This document shows, piece after piece, positions 46,882 to 58,380 of a stretch of 64,000 nucleotides of DNA (its first letter is position 1; every line of letters begins with the position of its first letter). Origin of the DNA: an uncultured Acidobacteriota bacterium (lineage in GTDB: Bacteria; Acidobacteriota; Blastocatellia; RBC074); assembly GCA_963796275.1 (NCBI GenBank), contig CAWCKY010000003.1:1568001-1632000 (forward strand), written 5' to 3'. Under the pieces are notes generated by a model. It was not told the DNA's origin and ran no database searches. It saw only the letters and a list, made by a program, of their open reading frames with translations. The position numbers and the translations under genes are program-made.

Positions 46882-47838
46882 TCAATTCATTGTCAGATAT
46901 CCGGCCAACTTTGCCAAGTCTACGTTGCCGCCTGAGAGGATAACCCCGACGCGCTTGCCGGAGGGATCGATTTTACGGTGTAGCAAGGCGGCGGCGGCGG
47001 CGGCGCCGGAGGGCTCCACGAGCACCTTCATTCGTTCGATGAAGAATCGCATCGTTTCGATCAATTCGCCGTCGCTCACCAAGAGGATATCTTCCACCAA
47101 CCTCTGAACGATCGGGAATGTCAGTTTGCCAGGTGCGGGGGTCTGGAGGCCATCGGCGATGGTTTGCGGCACGGGGATTTCCACTCGTTCGCCTTTGCGG
47201 AACGACTGCAGGGTGTCGTTGCCGGCTTCCGGTTCGACGCCGAATATGCGGATTTGCGGGCGCAAGTGATGAGCCGCGATAGAACATCCGGCGAGCAGCC
47301 CGCATCCGCTGCATGGAGCGAGCAGGAGATCGAGTTCGGGAACCTCTTCGAGCAGTTCGAGCGCGGCTGTACCCTGTCCGGCCATTATCAGGTAATCGTC
47401 GAAGGGGGGCACCAGGGTCAGACCGCGCTCGCGGCAGATGCGCTCGCCCGTCTCTTCTCGGCTCTCCCGATAGCGGTCGTAGAAGATGATCTCCGCTCCA
47501 TAGCCGCGGGTCGCCGCAATTTTGGCCCGCGGCGCATCGTGCGGCATGACGATCACCGCTGGTGCGCCGAAGAACTTCGCCGCAAGTGCCACCGCCTGTG
47601 CGTGGTTGCCCGACGAGTAAGCTAGGATACCCTTTTTGCGCTCATCGCCGGTGAGCGATGCGAGCTTGTTGTAAGCGCCCCGGAATTTGAATGCTCCCGC
47701 GCGCTGCAGATTTTCGGCCTTAAAGAAGACTTCGCTGCCCACCAGCTCATTGAACTGGCGTGACGTCAAAACGGGTGTGTGATGAGCGACGCCGCGAATT
47801 CGCGCGCTGGCGTCAAGGATGTCGTTAAATGTCAACAT
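46882..47838 (-). CDS. PLP serine/threonine dehydratase family enzyme (threo-3-hydroxyaspartate ammonia-lyase/serine racemase-like)
   Basis: KAENLQRAGAFKFRG, SSGNHAQ, PPFD..AGQGT, EPSG, SGGN. Confidence 0.9.
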   Translation of the reverse strand: MLTFNDILDASARIRGVAHHTPVLTSRQFNELVGSEVFFKAENLQRAGAFKFRGAYNKLASLTGDERKKGILAYSSGNHAQAVALAAKFFGAPAVIVMPHDAPRAKIAATRGYGAEIIFYDRYRESREETGERICRERGLTLVPPFDDYLIMAGQGTAALELLEEVPELDLLLAPCSGCGLLAGCSIAAHHLRPQIRIFGVEPEAGNDTLQSFRKGERVEIPVPQTIADGLQTPAPGKLTFPIVQRLVEDILLVSDGELIETMRFFIERMKVLVEPSGAAAAAALLHRKIDPSGKRVGVILSGGNVDLAKLAGYLTMN

Positions 47839-47839
47839 G

Positions 47840-47923
47840 GAATTGATAATTGATAAATTGAGATTTCGTATATTGTGACAACGTCAGCCGAATTATCAAT
47901 TATCAATTCTCAATTATCAATTG
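47840..47923. repeat. Heptamer (TTGATAA) inverted-repeat hairpin
   Basis: AATTGATAATTGATAAATTGAGATTTCG paired with CGAATTATCAATTATCAATTCTCAATTATCAATT. Confidence 0.75.
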
Positions 47924-48933
47924 AATACTTTTCCTACTGAATCCGAGTCGAGATTCGCGCCTGTGATTACGTTAACGATATTCCGGCCGCGCATCTGTTC
48001 GCTAAGTTTTAGACTGGCTGCTGTCGCGATCGCCCCCGCGCCTTCGACCAGATTATGTGTAGTGCGCCAGAGCAGGCGAATAGCGCGAATTATCTCACTG
48101 TCACTTACTAGCAGAATTTCGTCAATGCCCTGGCGTATTATCTCGAACGTCAGTTCAGCCGGGATTCGCGTGGCAACCCCATCCGCAATTGTATGCGCAT
48201 TCCTGGTCTCGACTACGTGGCCTGCCTGCCAGGAGAGAAAGACACACGGCGAGCCCTCCGCCTGTACTCCGTAGATTCTGGTCGTGGGCGAAAGCTCGCG
48301 GAAGACCGTGATGACTCCGCATATACCGCTGCCGAGCCCTATCGGCACGAAGATCGCGTCGATCTTCTCGCCTCTCTCCTGCATAGCTTCGATTATTTCC
48401 AGAGCATAAGTGCCGACACCGTTGATCAGGTGAGGTTCATTCGCGGAATGGATATAGCGCAGGTTTTCGGTTTGCGACAGTCTTTCGACCTCTTCGCGCG
48501 CTTCATCGAAGTCGCGGCCGGACTCGACCAGTCTCGCGCCGTAGGACTTCATCGCTGCATTCTTCTCAGGATTGTTGCCGAACGGAACGACCACAGTCGC
48601 CGGGATAGAGTGGATCAGCCCCGCCAGAGCTACCGATTGGCCATGGTTACCGCGCGTGGCAGTTATCACACCGTGATGGGTGCGCGCGGCCGCGAAGTGA
48701 TGCATGAAGTTCAGTCCGCCTCGAATTTTGAAAGCTCCCGTCGGCAGATGGTTTTCGTGCTTGAGGAAGACGCGCGCTTCCATTTCCGCGTTGAGCAGGG
48801 GGTATTCCCGCAGCGGCGTCGGTTTGATTGTCCGGTAAACTATCGCGCTAGCCGCGCGAACATCTGCGAGAGAGATTGCCCCTGAGGAGCATGCGCCCTG
48901 CGTATCAGTTTTTGATTCCATAGGCGAGACCAT
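47917..48933 (-). CDS. Threonine dehydratase family protein (second paralog)
   Basis: KHENHLPTGAFKIRGG, TRGNHGQS, PIGLGSG, EGAG, TGAN. Confidence 0.9.
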   Translation of the reverse strand: MVSPMESKTDTQGACSSGAISLADVRAASAIVYRTIKPTPLREYPLLNAEMEARVFLKHENHLPTGAFKIRGGLNFMHHFAAARTHHGVITATRGNHGQSVALAGLIHSIPATVVVPFGNNPEKNAAMKSYGARLVESGRDFDEAREEVERLSQTENLRYIHSANEPHLINGVGTYALEIIEAMQERGEKIDAIFVPIGLGSGICGVITVFRELSPTTRIYGVQAEGSPCVFLSWQAGHVVETRNAHTIADGVATRIPAELTFEIIRQGIDEILLVSDSEIIRAIRLLWRTTHNLVEGAGAIATAASLKLSEQMRGRNIVNVITGANLDSDSVGKVFN

Positions 48934-49561
48934 CTCCGAGCGGCAGGATCACCCCCCGCAGTTCCGGATGTGTGGTGAAGCGGCGATTGAATTCGATAAT
49001 CGCCTGCGTCGAGTCTAGTTGATCGTCGGATAGGAGACGGCCGGTGGCGACCTGGCCCTTCCAGAGCACGTTATCGGCGATGACAGCACCTCCTTTTCGC
49101 ATCAACGGCAAGATCAATTCGAGGTAAGCGGAATACTCTTCCTTGGTCGCGTCGATGTAAGCGATATCGAACGGGCCGATCAGCCGTGGTAATACATCGA
49201 GGGCTTTCGCCTGGACGAGTTCGACTCTCGATTCGACGCCGGCTCGCCTTATGAAATCGCGCGCGGTCTTCAGCCGCGCTTCGCTCGGATCGATCGTAGT
49301 CACGCGCCCGCCATCACCCATCGCCAGTGCGAATGTGATCGCGCCATAGCCGATGGCCGTTCCGATCTCGAGCGCACGTTTGGCGTTGATAGCTTGAGCC
49401 GTGATCGCCAGGAAGAGGGCGACTTCGGGATCGGAACTCGGCACATCATGTCGCTCCGAATATTCCTCCATCTCGGCGAAGAGCCCATCGCGCGCCGGGA
49501 GAAGCGTGTCGAGGTAGATCGCCTGTTCGCGCTGCAGGATTGTATCGATATGATTTTTCAT
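48905..49561 (-). CDS. O-methyltransferase (caffeoyl-CoA OMT/TrmR-like)
   Basis: LEIGTAIGYG, FDIAYIDATK, IADNVLWKG, LPLGDG. Confidence 0.9.
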   Translation of the reverse strand: MKNHIDTILQREQAIYLDTLLPARDGLFAEMEEYSERHDVPSSDPEVALFLAITAQAINAKRALEIGTAIGYGAITFALAMGDGGRVTTIDPSEARLKTARDFIRRAGVESRVELVQAKALDVLPRLIGPFDIAYIDATKEEYSAYLELILPLMRKGGAVIADNVLWKGQVATGRLLSDDQLDSTQAIIEFNRRFTTHPELRGVILPLGDGLAYGIKN

Positions 49562-49974
49562 TTTGCTGTTGTTTAACGCATATCAATTAACTTCTTTTGA
49601 ATTTCCGTTTTATCGCTCTGTTGAAAACTGTCATTTTTGTGTCACCCAAAGTATAGCCGGGTATTGACTATCTGATCCACCTTGCTCTCCCTCCTGCGAT
49701 CTTTCTACATTCGAATTTTATCGAACAAAGCTGTTTGTCCTGAGTTTGCGACGGAACTCGAAAAGGTAGTAGTTGAATCCGGTCGCGTGGTGTATGAATC
49801 GAGCCAGTCTGCATGAAGTAATGTCAAAATGCGTTTCGCAACTTAGCGCTTTGTCAGGTATACTTTGCCCCGACCTCGATTGAGGCTTTCAATGCAAAGA
49901 CGCAAAGACACAATGTTGTTCGTATTGCGCCTTGGGCAATACTGGATTGCAGCCGCAAATAAAATCTATCAGTT

Positions 49975-50394
49975 ATGATCACCATTGGAATTCATTACGC
50001 CGGGACTATCGCTTCGCTCGATATGAAAGGCAAGTTCATCAAAGGTCAAGGCGGGTTTCAGCTTCAAATGCTTGTCGATAAGGTGCTTTCGGCGGGCTCG
50101 ACCAAGATTCTCCTAAATCTGACCGAGGTGCCAATTATCGACAGTATGGGCATCGGCGAGATCGTCCGCGCTTTCAACAAAGTCCGTGAGACCGGAGGGA
50201 CGTTCAAACTCGTTGGCGTGACCGACCGCGTCTACGGGGCGTTGAAGATCACTCAGCTCCTTGATCTCATAGAGAGTTTTCCCACAGAAGACGAGGCCAT
50301 CGCGAGCTTCGGCAAAGAGAAGAAAAGCCGTGGTAAAAAGAAGAAATCAGAAAACGAAGTAGCAGATGAAGAAGAGGCGAGCGAATCGGATTGA
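49975..50394 (+). CDS. STAS-domain anti-sigma factor antagonist
   Basis: LLNLTEVPIIDSMGIG phosphoserine motif; basic then acidic tail. Confidence 0.88.
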   Translation: MITIGIHYAGTIASLDMKGKFIKGQGGFQLQMLVDKVLSAGSTKILLNLTEVPIIDSMGIGEIVRAFNKVRETGGTFKLVGVTDRVYGALKITQLLDLIESFPTEDEAIASFGKEKKSRGKKKKSENEVADEEEASESD

Positions 50395-50486
50395 GAGCGC
50401 GATAATGATGGGGCGACTGGGCTATCAGGAGAGAAAATAACCGTCGTCGGCAAAGTCCCCCTCATCGCCAGGTCGTCCTGTCAGTC

Positions 50487-51560
50487 TCACTTCTTCTTGG
50501 GAACCGCGTAGTAGCCTTCCCTATGCTGGACTCTCAACTGGGGTAATCCGCGTGGAGGTTTGACCTGAACCTTGATCTTATGCCATTGGCCGTCTCGCTT
50601 CACATTCGTCGGTGTATAGCCAATGCTATATTGGTGGCGAAGCTCAAGCGCGATGCGCGTCGTAGCGTCTTCAAGCTCGGCGGCTGATCGTGGAAAGAAT
50701 GCCTTCCCACCCGTAGTTTGTGCGATCTCTTCGAGTATAGACTGGCCTTGCAAGTCGAGGGTTCCACCCGATCCCCCGCCCAGCTCTACAATACCTATAC
50801 AATAGATTTGCACGCCAGCTTCTTTGAGCAACTTCCGAAGCTCGCCGTAAGTGTAGCGGGAGGAGTTGTCCTGGCCATCGGATATCAAGAGGATGGCGCG
50901 TTTCGTATGTCGGCCCTGTTTGACCTTCTCGATGCCAAGATAGGCGGCATCGTAAAGTGCCGTCTGTCCGCGCGGATCCACGAGCGTAAATTTATTGGTA
51001 ATCGTATCCCCATCTGTGAACTCCGCCAACAGGTTCGCACGTTGATTGAAACCGACAAGGAAGAAGTCGTCGTCATTATGGCTCGTCTGGATGAAAGCCT
51101 TCAGCGCTTCGCGCGCTCGATCGATTTTGCCCTTCATGCTTCCCGAAACGTCGAAGATGATGCCCATGCTGACCGGGACATCTTCATCGTTAAAGAAGGT
51201 TATGACTTGTTTGACTTTGTCCTCGTAAATCTCGAAATGCTGTTTATCGAGACCCGTCACCAGACGCGCGTTCGGATCCGTTACCGTCACTGTGAACGAG
51301 ACCAGTTCTGTATCTATAATTATCGATTTTTCATCCTGGCCCGTCTTATCGCTCAACTGGCGCTGGATTTGTTGAGTGGCTGATGACGGAGTTTGTTTTA
51401 CATCGGCAGGGACCGGTTTAGTTTCTTTCTGATCGGATGATTGACCTGCTGGAGGAGTTTGTTGCTGGTCCGCTTTCTGCTCCTGTTGGGCGGTGCCCGC
51501 GACAAAGAACAGCAAGAGTATAAAAACGGTCATGACAGGAGAGAATATTTTCTTCAACAT
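50487..51560 (-). CDS. Secreted VWA-domain protein (Acidobacterial VWFA type)
   Basis: FDVSGSM MIDAS, TALYDA, ISDGQD, TGGKAF, ELRHQYSIGY. Confidence 0.9.
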   Translation of the reverse strand: MLKKIFSPVMTVFILLLFFVAGTAQQEQKADQQQTPPAGQSSDQKETKPVPADVKQTPSSATQQIQRQLSDKTGQDEKSIIIDTELVSFTVTVTDPNARLVTGLDKQHFEIYEDKVKQVITFFNDEDVPVSMGIIFDVSGSMKGKIDRAREALKAFIQTSHNDDDFFLVGFNQRANLLAEFTDGDTITNKFTLVDPRGQTALYDAAYLGIEKVKQGRHTKRAILLISDGQDNSSRYTYGELRKLLKEAGVQIYCIGIVELGGGSGGTLDLQGQSILEEIAQTTGGKAFFPRSAAELEDATTRIALELRHQYSIGYTPTNVKRDGQWHKIKVQVKPPRGLPQLRVQHREGYYAVPKKK

Positions 51561-52059
51561 TTTAACTCCCTTCGAGCATCCGCCGCACGCGGGTAAATCT
51601 AGGACTTGTGAAAATACGAACTCACTCTCGTGACAGCAATGACATTCTCAATTATCTGAAACCTGCAGCAGGTTGATGTTGGCTCGGGGAAAATCAAAGA
51701 CATTCTAACATACAACTCGAAGTGAGCAAGATCGGAAGCGTGGAAGAAAAGCGAAGGCGGAGAAGGCAGGATGGGTATTTGCGAATTATCTGAAGAGCGT
51801 CGCAAATAAAGGGCATTGAAATCAATTATTTTGGTCCTGAGCTTCAGATGCGCATTCAGAGGCGCGTAATGATTATAGAACTCGTCCTCCCACATCTCAC
51901 AAACTCAGGTGGAGCGACATAAGGTGGAGCGAGATTTGTTTGCCTATATGGCGCTACTCCGACAAAGCCAGTGATATGGGTAATCGAATGCATTTAAAAT
52001 ATGGTTCTTCGAAGCCCATCAGAAACTGTTGGATATTACCAGATTAATTTGCACGGCCT

Positions 52060-52626
52060 TCATTTATCTTTGAAATCTCCCTCTTCTTCCTCGGGGTGTA
52101 CGAGTCGATTTATTGCTTTAATTATTCCGCGGCGGTGGCGGCGCGCATTGATCTGCCTCGACCATGCGCAGAAGAGCTGGGACATCTGCTGCTGAGTTTC
52201 CGCGATATCCAGCATCATCCGGTCAAATTTCATCGTTATGCCGGCGGCTTCCATCTCCACTGGCGCGATCTTGAGATGGAGGGTCGGGCAGGACGTGCCT
52301 GGATGGAATTGGGCAGTCACATCATCACTGCTGAATTTGGCGGGCACATCTTCCAGATCAATGCCGGAGAACTCGGCCAGTTTCACGCGCGCGCCCTCGG
52401 AGATCGTAAAAACCAAGGTTCCGGTAATCGTGTCGTCATCGTTGGCTTGGGCAACGGTGAAAATCGCCATGCCGTCAATCGGCGACTTCTTTTCAGCAGA
52501 GATAAGTGTGGCGCGCGCAGTCTTCGGCTGAGTCGTGAAGATGACAGGGGTTGACTGCTGTCCGTAATAATCCGGAGCGAGCAAAAAGAGGGAGAACAGA
52601 AACACGCTTGAAATTCTTTTGCTCAT
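52060..52626 (-). CDS. Hypothetical secreted protein
   Basis: Signal peptide, Cys pair, coding-like 188 aa. Confidence 0.65.
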   Translation of the reverse strand: MSKRISSVFLFSLFLLAPDYYGQQSTPVIFTTQPKTARATLISAEKKSPIDGMAIFTVAQANDDDTITGTLVFTISEGARVKLAEFSGIDLEDVPAKFSSDDVTAQFHPGTSCPTLHLKIAPVEMEAAGITMKFDRMMLDIAETQQQMSQLFCAWSRQINARRHRRGIIKAINRLVHPEEEEGDFKDK

Positions 52627-52756
52627 TTTCGCGACTACTCAGTTGAACCTGACCGGGGAATATCTCCCGCTGTGGCAAACAGCGGGGGATTAGATTGAAT
52701 TTTTATCAAGAAGTTGAAAAACGTCAAGCTTAGTCAGCATGAAAGGAACTTTAAGC

Positions 52757-52785
52757 TTGAAAAGGGTTTGCCGGCTGTGTATTCT
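52757..52785 (+). promoter_or_regulatory. Sigma-70-type promoter upstream of mreB
   Basis: TTGAAA-N17-TATTCT. Confidence 0.6.
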
Positions 52786-52790
52786 AGTCG

Positions 52791-53092
52791 ACTGAGAGCG
52801 CAGCCGGAAGGGCTGCTGTTCTGTGCAAGCTCGACCAGAATCCCATGCGAGACTGCTGTTCATTTGCTGGGTTGCGGTGAGGAAAAATCCCCCCTTACAA
52901 TAGGGAGCGCGCCGGCACCGACTTCGCACCACCAGGCATTTTTCCACGTACAAATCATGGTTCTCAGCCAGTCAGGCTATAGATGAACAGAGTGGAAGAA
53001 TAAGCCGGAGAGCGGATGGAGGTTGAAAGGCTCGATAGAAACGACCTTATCAGCAGGGTTCGCAGCTCACTGCTTCAGTTAGCGCTCTTTTT
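52791..53092 (+). ncRNA. Candidate ~300-nt structured RNA (ncRNA or mreB leader)
   Basis: Starts just after the promoter; 5' AGAGCGC pairs with 3' GCGCTCT followed by a T-run; nested helices GCTGC/GCAGC, TCGACC/GGTTGA, CTGTTCATTTG/TAGATGAACAG. Confidence 0.4.
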
Positions 53093-53220
53093 ACGATATG
53101 CTCGATAGGATTAGCTCGTCTGAGTGAAATCTGAGTGAAAATTCTTAGTGAAATTCTGAATAAATATTGATAACCGAAGGGGAGATGATCTTCATCGGGA
53201 AGGGTAACAGTGCAGTCTAA

Positions 53221-54264
53221 ATGAATCTACGCTCTATATTCAGCCTGTTTTCCAGCGACCTGGCGATCGACCTCGGTACTGCGAATACTCTGGTCTTCGC
53301 CCGGGGCCGCGGCATCGTTGTTTCCGAACCCTCGATAGTCGCCATCAACAAAATCTCCCACAAAGTCGAAGCGGTCGGCAACAAAGCCAAGGAGATGTTG
53401 GGTCGCACCCCGGGGAATATCGTCGCCATCCGGCCCATGAAGGACGGAGTGATCGCTGATTTCGAGGTAACCGAGAAGATGCTGCAGTACTTCATCCAGC
53501 AGGCTCACAACGGCAAGCAATGGGTCAGCCCGCGCATCGTTATCGGCATCCCTTCGGAGATAACTCAGGTTGAGCGTCGTGCAGTCGAAGATAGCGCCTA
53601 CCGCGCCAAGGCATCCGAGGTATATCTGGTAGAAGAAGCGATGGCGGCGGCCATTGGCGCGGGCCTTCCGATCACCGAGCCGCACGGAAATATGATCGTC
53701 GATATCGGCGGCGGAACGACCGATATCGCGGTGATTTCGCTCTCGGGAATCGTCTACTCCAAGAGCGTTCGGGTGGCGGGAAACGAGATGGACGAATCGA
53801 TCACGCAGTACATCAAGCGCAAATACAATCTGCTCATCGGCGAACGCACCGCCGAGCAGATCAAGATGGAGATCGGTTCGGCGGCCCCGCTCGATGAACC
53901 CAGGATCCTCGAGATCAAAGGGCGCAACCTGATCGAGGGGATTCCAAAAACGATCACTGTGAGCGATGAAGAGATACGGGAGGCGCTGGCAGACTCGGTC
54001 GCGACTATCATCAATGCCGTCCGCGTCGCGCTCGAACGTACCCCGCCCGAGCTTTCGGCCGACATCGTAGATCGGGGAATCGTGCTCACCGGCGGCGGTT
54101 CGTTACTCAAGAAACTCGATGTGCGTTTGATGCAGGAGACGGGGTTGCCCGTCTCAATGGCAGAAGACCCGCTCTCATCCGTCGTACTAGGTGCAGGAGC
54201 AATGCTGTCGGATTTCGACCTGCTGCGCCGCGTACGCTGGGATGGCGCGACACTGCCATCCTAA
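53221..54264 (+). CDS. mreB: Rod shape-determining protein MreB
   Basis: IDLGTANT, RPMKDGVIADF, DIGGGTTD, LERTPPEL, LTGGG. Confidence 0.98.
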   Translation: MNLRSIFSLFSSDLAIDLGTANTLVFARGRGIVVSEPSIVAINKISHKVEAVGNKAKEMLGRTPGNIVAIRPMKDGVIADFEVTEKMLQYFIQQAHNGKQWVSPRIVIGIPSEITQVERRAVEDSAYRAKASEVYLVEEAMAAAIGAGLPITEPHGNMIVDIGGGTTDIAVISLSGIVYSKSVRVAGNEMDESITQYIKRKYNLLIGERTAEQIKMEIGSAAPLDEPRILEIKGRNLIEGIPKTITVSDEEIREALADSVATIINAVRVALERTPPELSADIVDRGIVLTGGGSLLKKLDVRLMQETGLPVSMAEDPLSSVVLGAGAMLSDFDLLRRVRWDGATLPS

Positions 54265-54270
54265 TGTAAC

Positions 54271-54625
54271 GGATAATTGATGATGAAGATTGATAATGGC
54301 ACCCTAAAGCCCACGGGTCACTATCATCCAACCATGATCAATATTTATATTTGTTATAATTGATAATGGGTGATTGATAATGACAAGACGATTGCCCACC
54401 GGTCAATATCAACCAGTCGTTATCGATTATCTCTTATGAATGATTGATAATTGGTGGTTGATAATGACAAGAAGATTTTCCTCCAGTCACTATCAACTGT
54501 TATTATCAATTATCTGTTTTATAATTGTTTATAATTGAGGTAATTGGTATGTGGAAATTGATAATGACGAGACGACTGCCCACCGGTCACTATCAACTAG
54601 CCATTATCAATTATCCAACTATCGA
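54271..54625. repeat. Array of four degenerate hairpins (TTGATAATGAC-N~18-GTCACTATCAA)
   Basis: Four ~85-110 bp units between mreB and mreC; loops 2 and 4 nearly identical (AGACGA[T/C]TGCCCACCG). Confidence 0.75.
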
Positions 54626-54633
54626 TTAATCTT

Positions 54634-55563
54634 GTGTCGATCGCTGACAGGGCCAAGGATAGAGCTAAGAAGAACCCGACGTGGCTATTGGGAATGTTAT
54701 TGGCCGCGCACCTTATCGCCGTTTCGCTCAACCGTGCGCCGAACCGCCCTGATTTGTGGATAATACAGGCGGTCTTGATTTCGGCTGTCGCGCCCGTACA
54801 ATCCGTGATGGCCCATTCGATCTCCTGGATCAAGACTGGATGGACCAACTATTTCTCATTGCGCGATGCGCGATCGGAGAACGAAAAACTGAGGAGCGAG
54901 CGCGCGCAGTTCGAACGAGATAACCGGGAATTGCGTGAGAAGGTCAGAATGATGGAGCAGGTAGCGGCCCTCAGAGATTGGCAATCAGTCTCAAATTTCG
55001 ATGGCGTCCAGGCGCGCGTCATCGCACGGGATGCCAATCTATTGTTCAACACGATCATTGTCGATCAGGGGTTGACCAGTGGGGTCGTTAAAGATCAGCC
55101 GGTAGTTACGGCAGACGGGCTGGTCGGCCGCGTTATCAACTCGTACCCGTTTGCGGCTCAGGTATTGCTGATTACTGATGAAAGGCACGGTGCCGGGGCG
55201 ATCATCGGGCAAACGGTAGAGGGGCGATCTCTCGGCGTGGTAAACGGAAAGAAAGAGTATCTTTGTGAATTCAGGTTTATCGACCCTCCGAAGGTGGTCG
55301 AAAACGGAGAGCAGGTAATTACTTCGGGGCAGGATGGAATTTATCCGAAGGGACTATTGATTGGTCGCGTCAAGAAGATAGACGGGGGAGTTGTTGTCAT
55401 GCCGCAGGCTGTCGAGCTAGAGCCGGCAGCACAACTCGGAAGGCTTGAGACGGTATCGATCCTGAAGATCCAACCGAATCAGGTTCGTCAACCCATCAAT
55501 GAGTTGACCGGCGGAAAACTAAAGCAGGGAAACGTAGCGCCTGATTTAAGAGGTAGTCGGTAG
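54634..55563 (+). CDS. mreC: Rod shape-determining protein MreC
   Basis: TM helix, coiled coil, ARVIARD, GLVGRV, TSGQDGIYPKGL. Confidence 0.95.
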   Translation: MSIADRAKDRAKKNPTWLLGMLLAAHLIAVSLNRAPNRPDLWIIQAVLISAVAPVQSVMAHSISWIKTGWTNYFSLRDARSENEKLRSERAQFERDNRELREKVRMMEQVAALRDWQSVSNFDGVQARVIARDANLLFNTIIVDQGLTSGVVKDQPVVTADGLVGRVINSYPFAAQVLLITDERHGAGAIIGQTVEGRSLGVVNGKKEYLCEFRFIDPPKVVENGEQVITSGQDGIYPKGLLIGRVKKIDGGVVVMPQAVELEPAAQLGRLETVSILKIQPNQVRQPINELTGGKLKQGNVAPDLRGSR

Positions 55564-55661
55564 GCGGTGGGGGCAAAACTACAACGGCCTTTGAACCCAC
55601 AAACGAAGACCGCATACCTCTGGTTGAAAACTAAGAATTTGAGCCTTACGGAAGAGCATCG

Positions 55662-56231
55662 TTGGAGAAAGAATCTCGCGGTTCGTCGTTGAAAATATTG
55701 GGCTGCCTTTTGCTAGCCGCTTTCTTGCAGACCACTCTGGTCCAGCACGTTCCCGAATCGATCGGTCGCGCGCTGGGCAACGTCGACTGGCTTCTACTGG
55801 TGACGGTTTATGTAGGTTTGCAGCGCGATCCGATCAGATCGTTGCTGACGGGAACGGTGGCAGGGCTGCTTTTCGATTCATTCTCCGGCGCGAAAGCCGC
55901 CGTTGGCGTGAGCGGGTTGGCTTATGTGCTCGTGGCTTATATCACGCACAGGATCGTTGCCTTTATCGTTGTTGACAATGTGCTGGTGAGAGTGCTGGCT
56001 GTGGCCGTAGCGACCGTAGTCAATACCGGCGTTCGCTTTCTCTTCTACTGGTTGCTCAAGATCGAACTCCCGGTTCTGGCTGGTGGAGGGACTATTGCAC
56101 CCGCTATAGTCTTCGGGCTTTTCGCCAATCTCATTGCCTCAATCCTGCTCTATATACTCTTAGACCGCGTCCTTCAGCGAAGATCGACTGTGCGTATGCG
56201 CCGCAATGAGGCGCGACGGAGAAGAATATGA
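55662..56231 (+). CDS. mreD: Rod shape-determining protein MreD
   Basis: Multi-TM protein with DWLLL and GLLFD; between mreC and mrdA. Confidence 0.88.
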   Translation: MEKESRGSSLKILGCLLLAAFLQTTLVQHVPESIGRALGNVDWLLLVTVYVGLQRDPIRSLLTGTVAGLLFDSFSGAKAAVGVSGLAYVLVAYITHRIVAFIVVDNVLVRVLAVAVATVVNTGVRFLFYWLLKIELPVLAGGGTIAPAIVFGLFANLIASILLYILLDRVLQRRSTVRMRRNEARRRRI

Positions 56232-56279
56232 GGACGGAAGCGGGAAGGCGGAGGTTACATCTGACTTCCCGATGAATTT

Positions 56280-58292
<2,013 letters not shown>

Positions 58293-58380
58293 AGAGATTT
58301 CATTTTCCAGGTTAACGAACCGATCAATGCCGGTTGCGTTAACGGGCATCTAATGGAAAATGGAAGGTGGAAGATGAGAT

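Noticed and set aside
52860-53060. RNase P RNA (partial likeness: GAGGAAAAATCC, TAGATGAA, GATAGAAACGACCTTAT)
   Set aside because: The conserved GAGGAAAGTCC and AGAACCCGGCTTA motifs and the P4 pairing are not met, and the spacing is too short; kept only as an unknown RNA candidate
54271-54625. Integron attC array or CRISPR
   Set aside because: No cassette ORFs, no clear RYYYAAC/GTTRRRY boxes, related loops, and no integrase or cas gene
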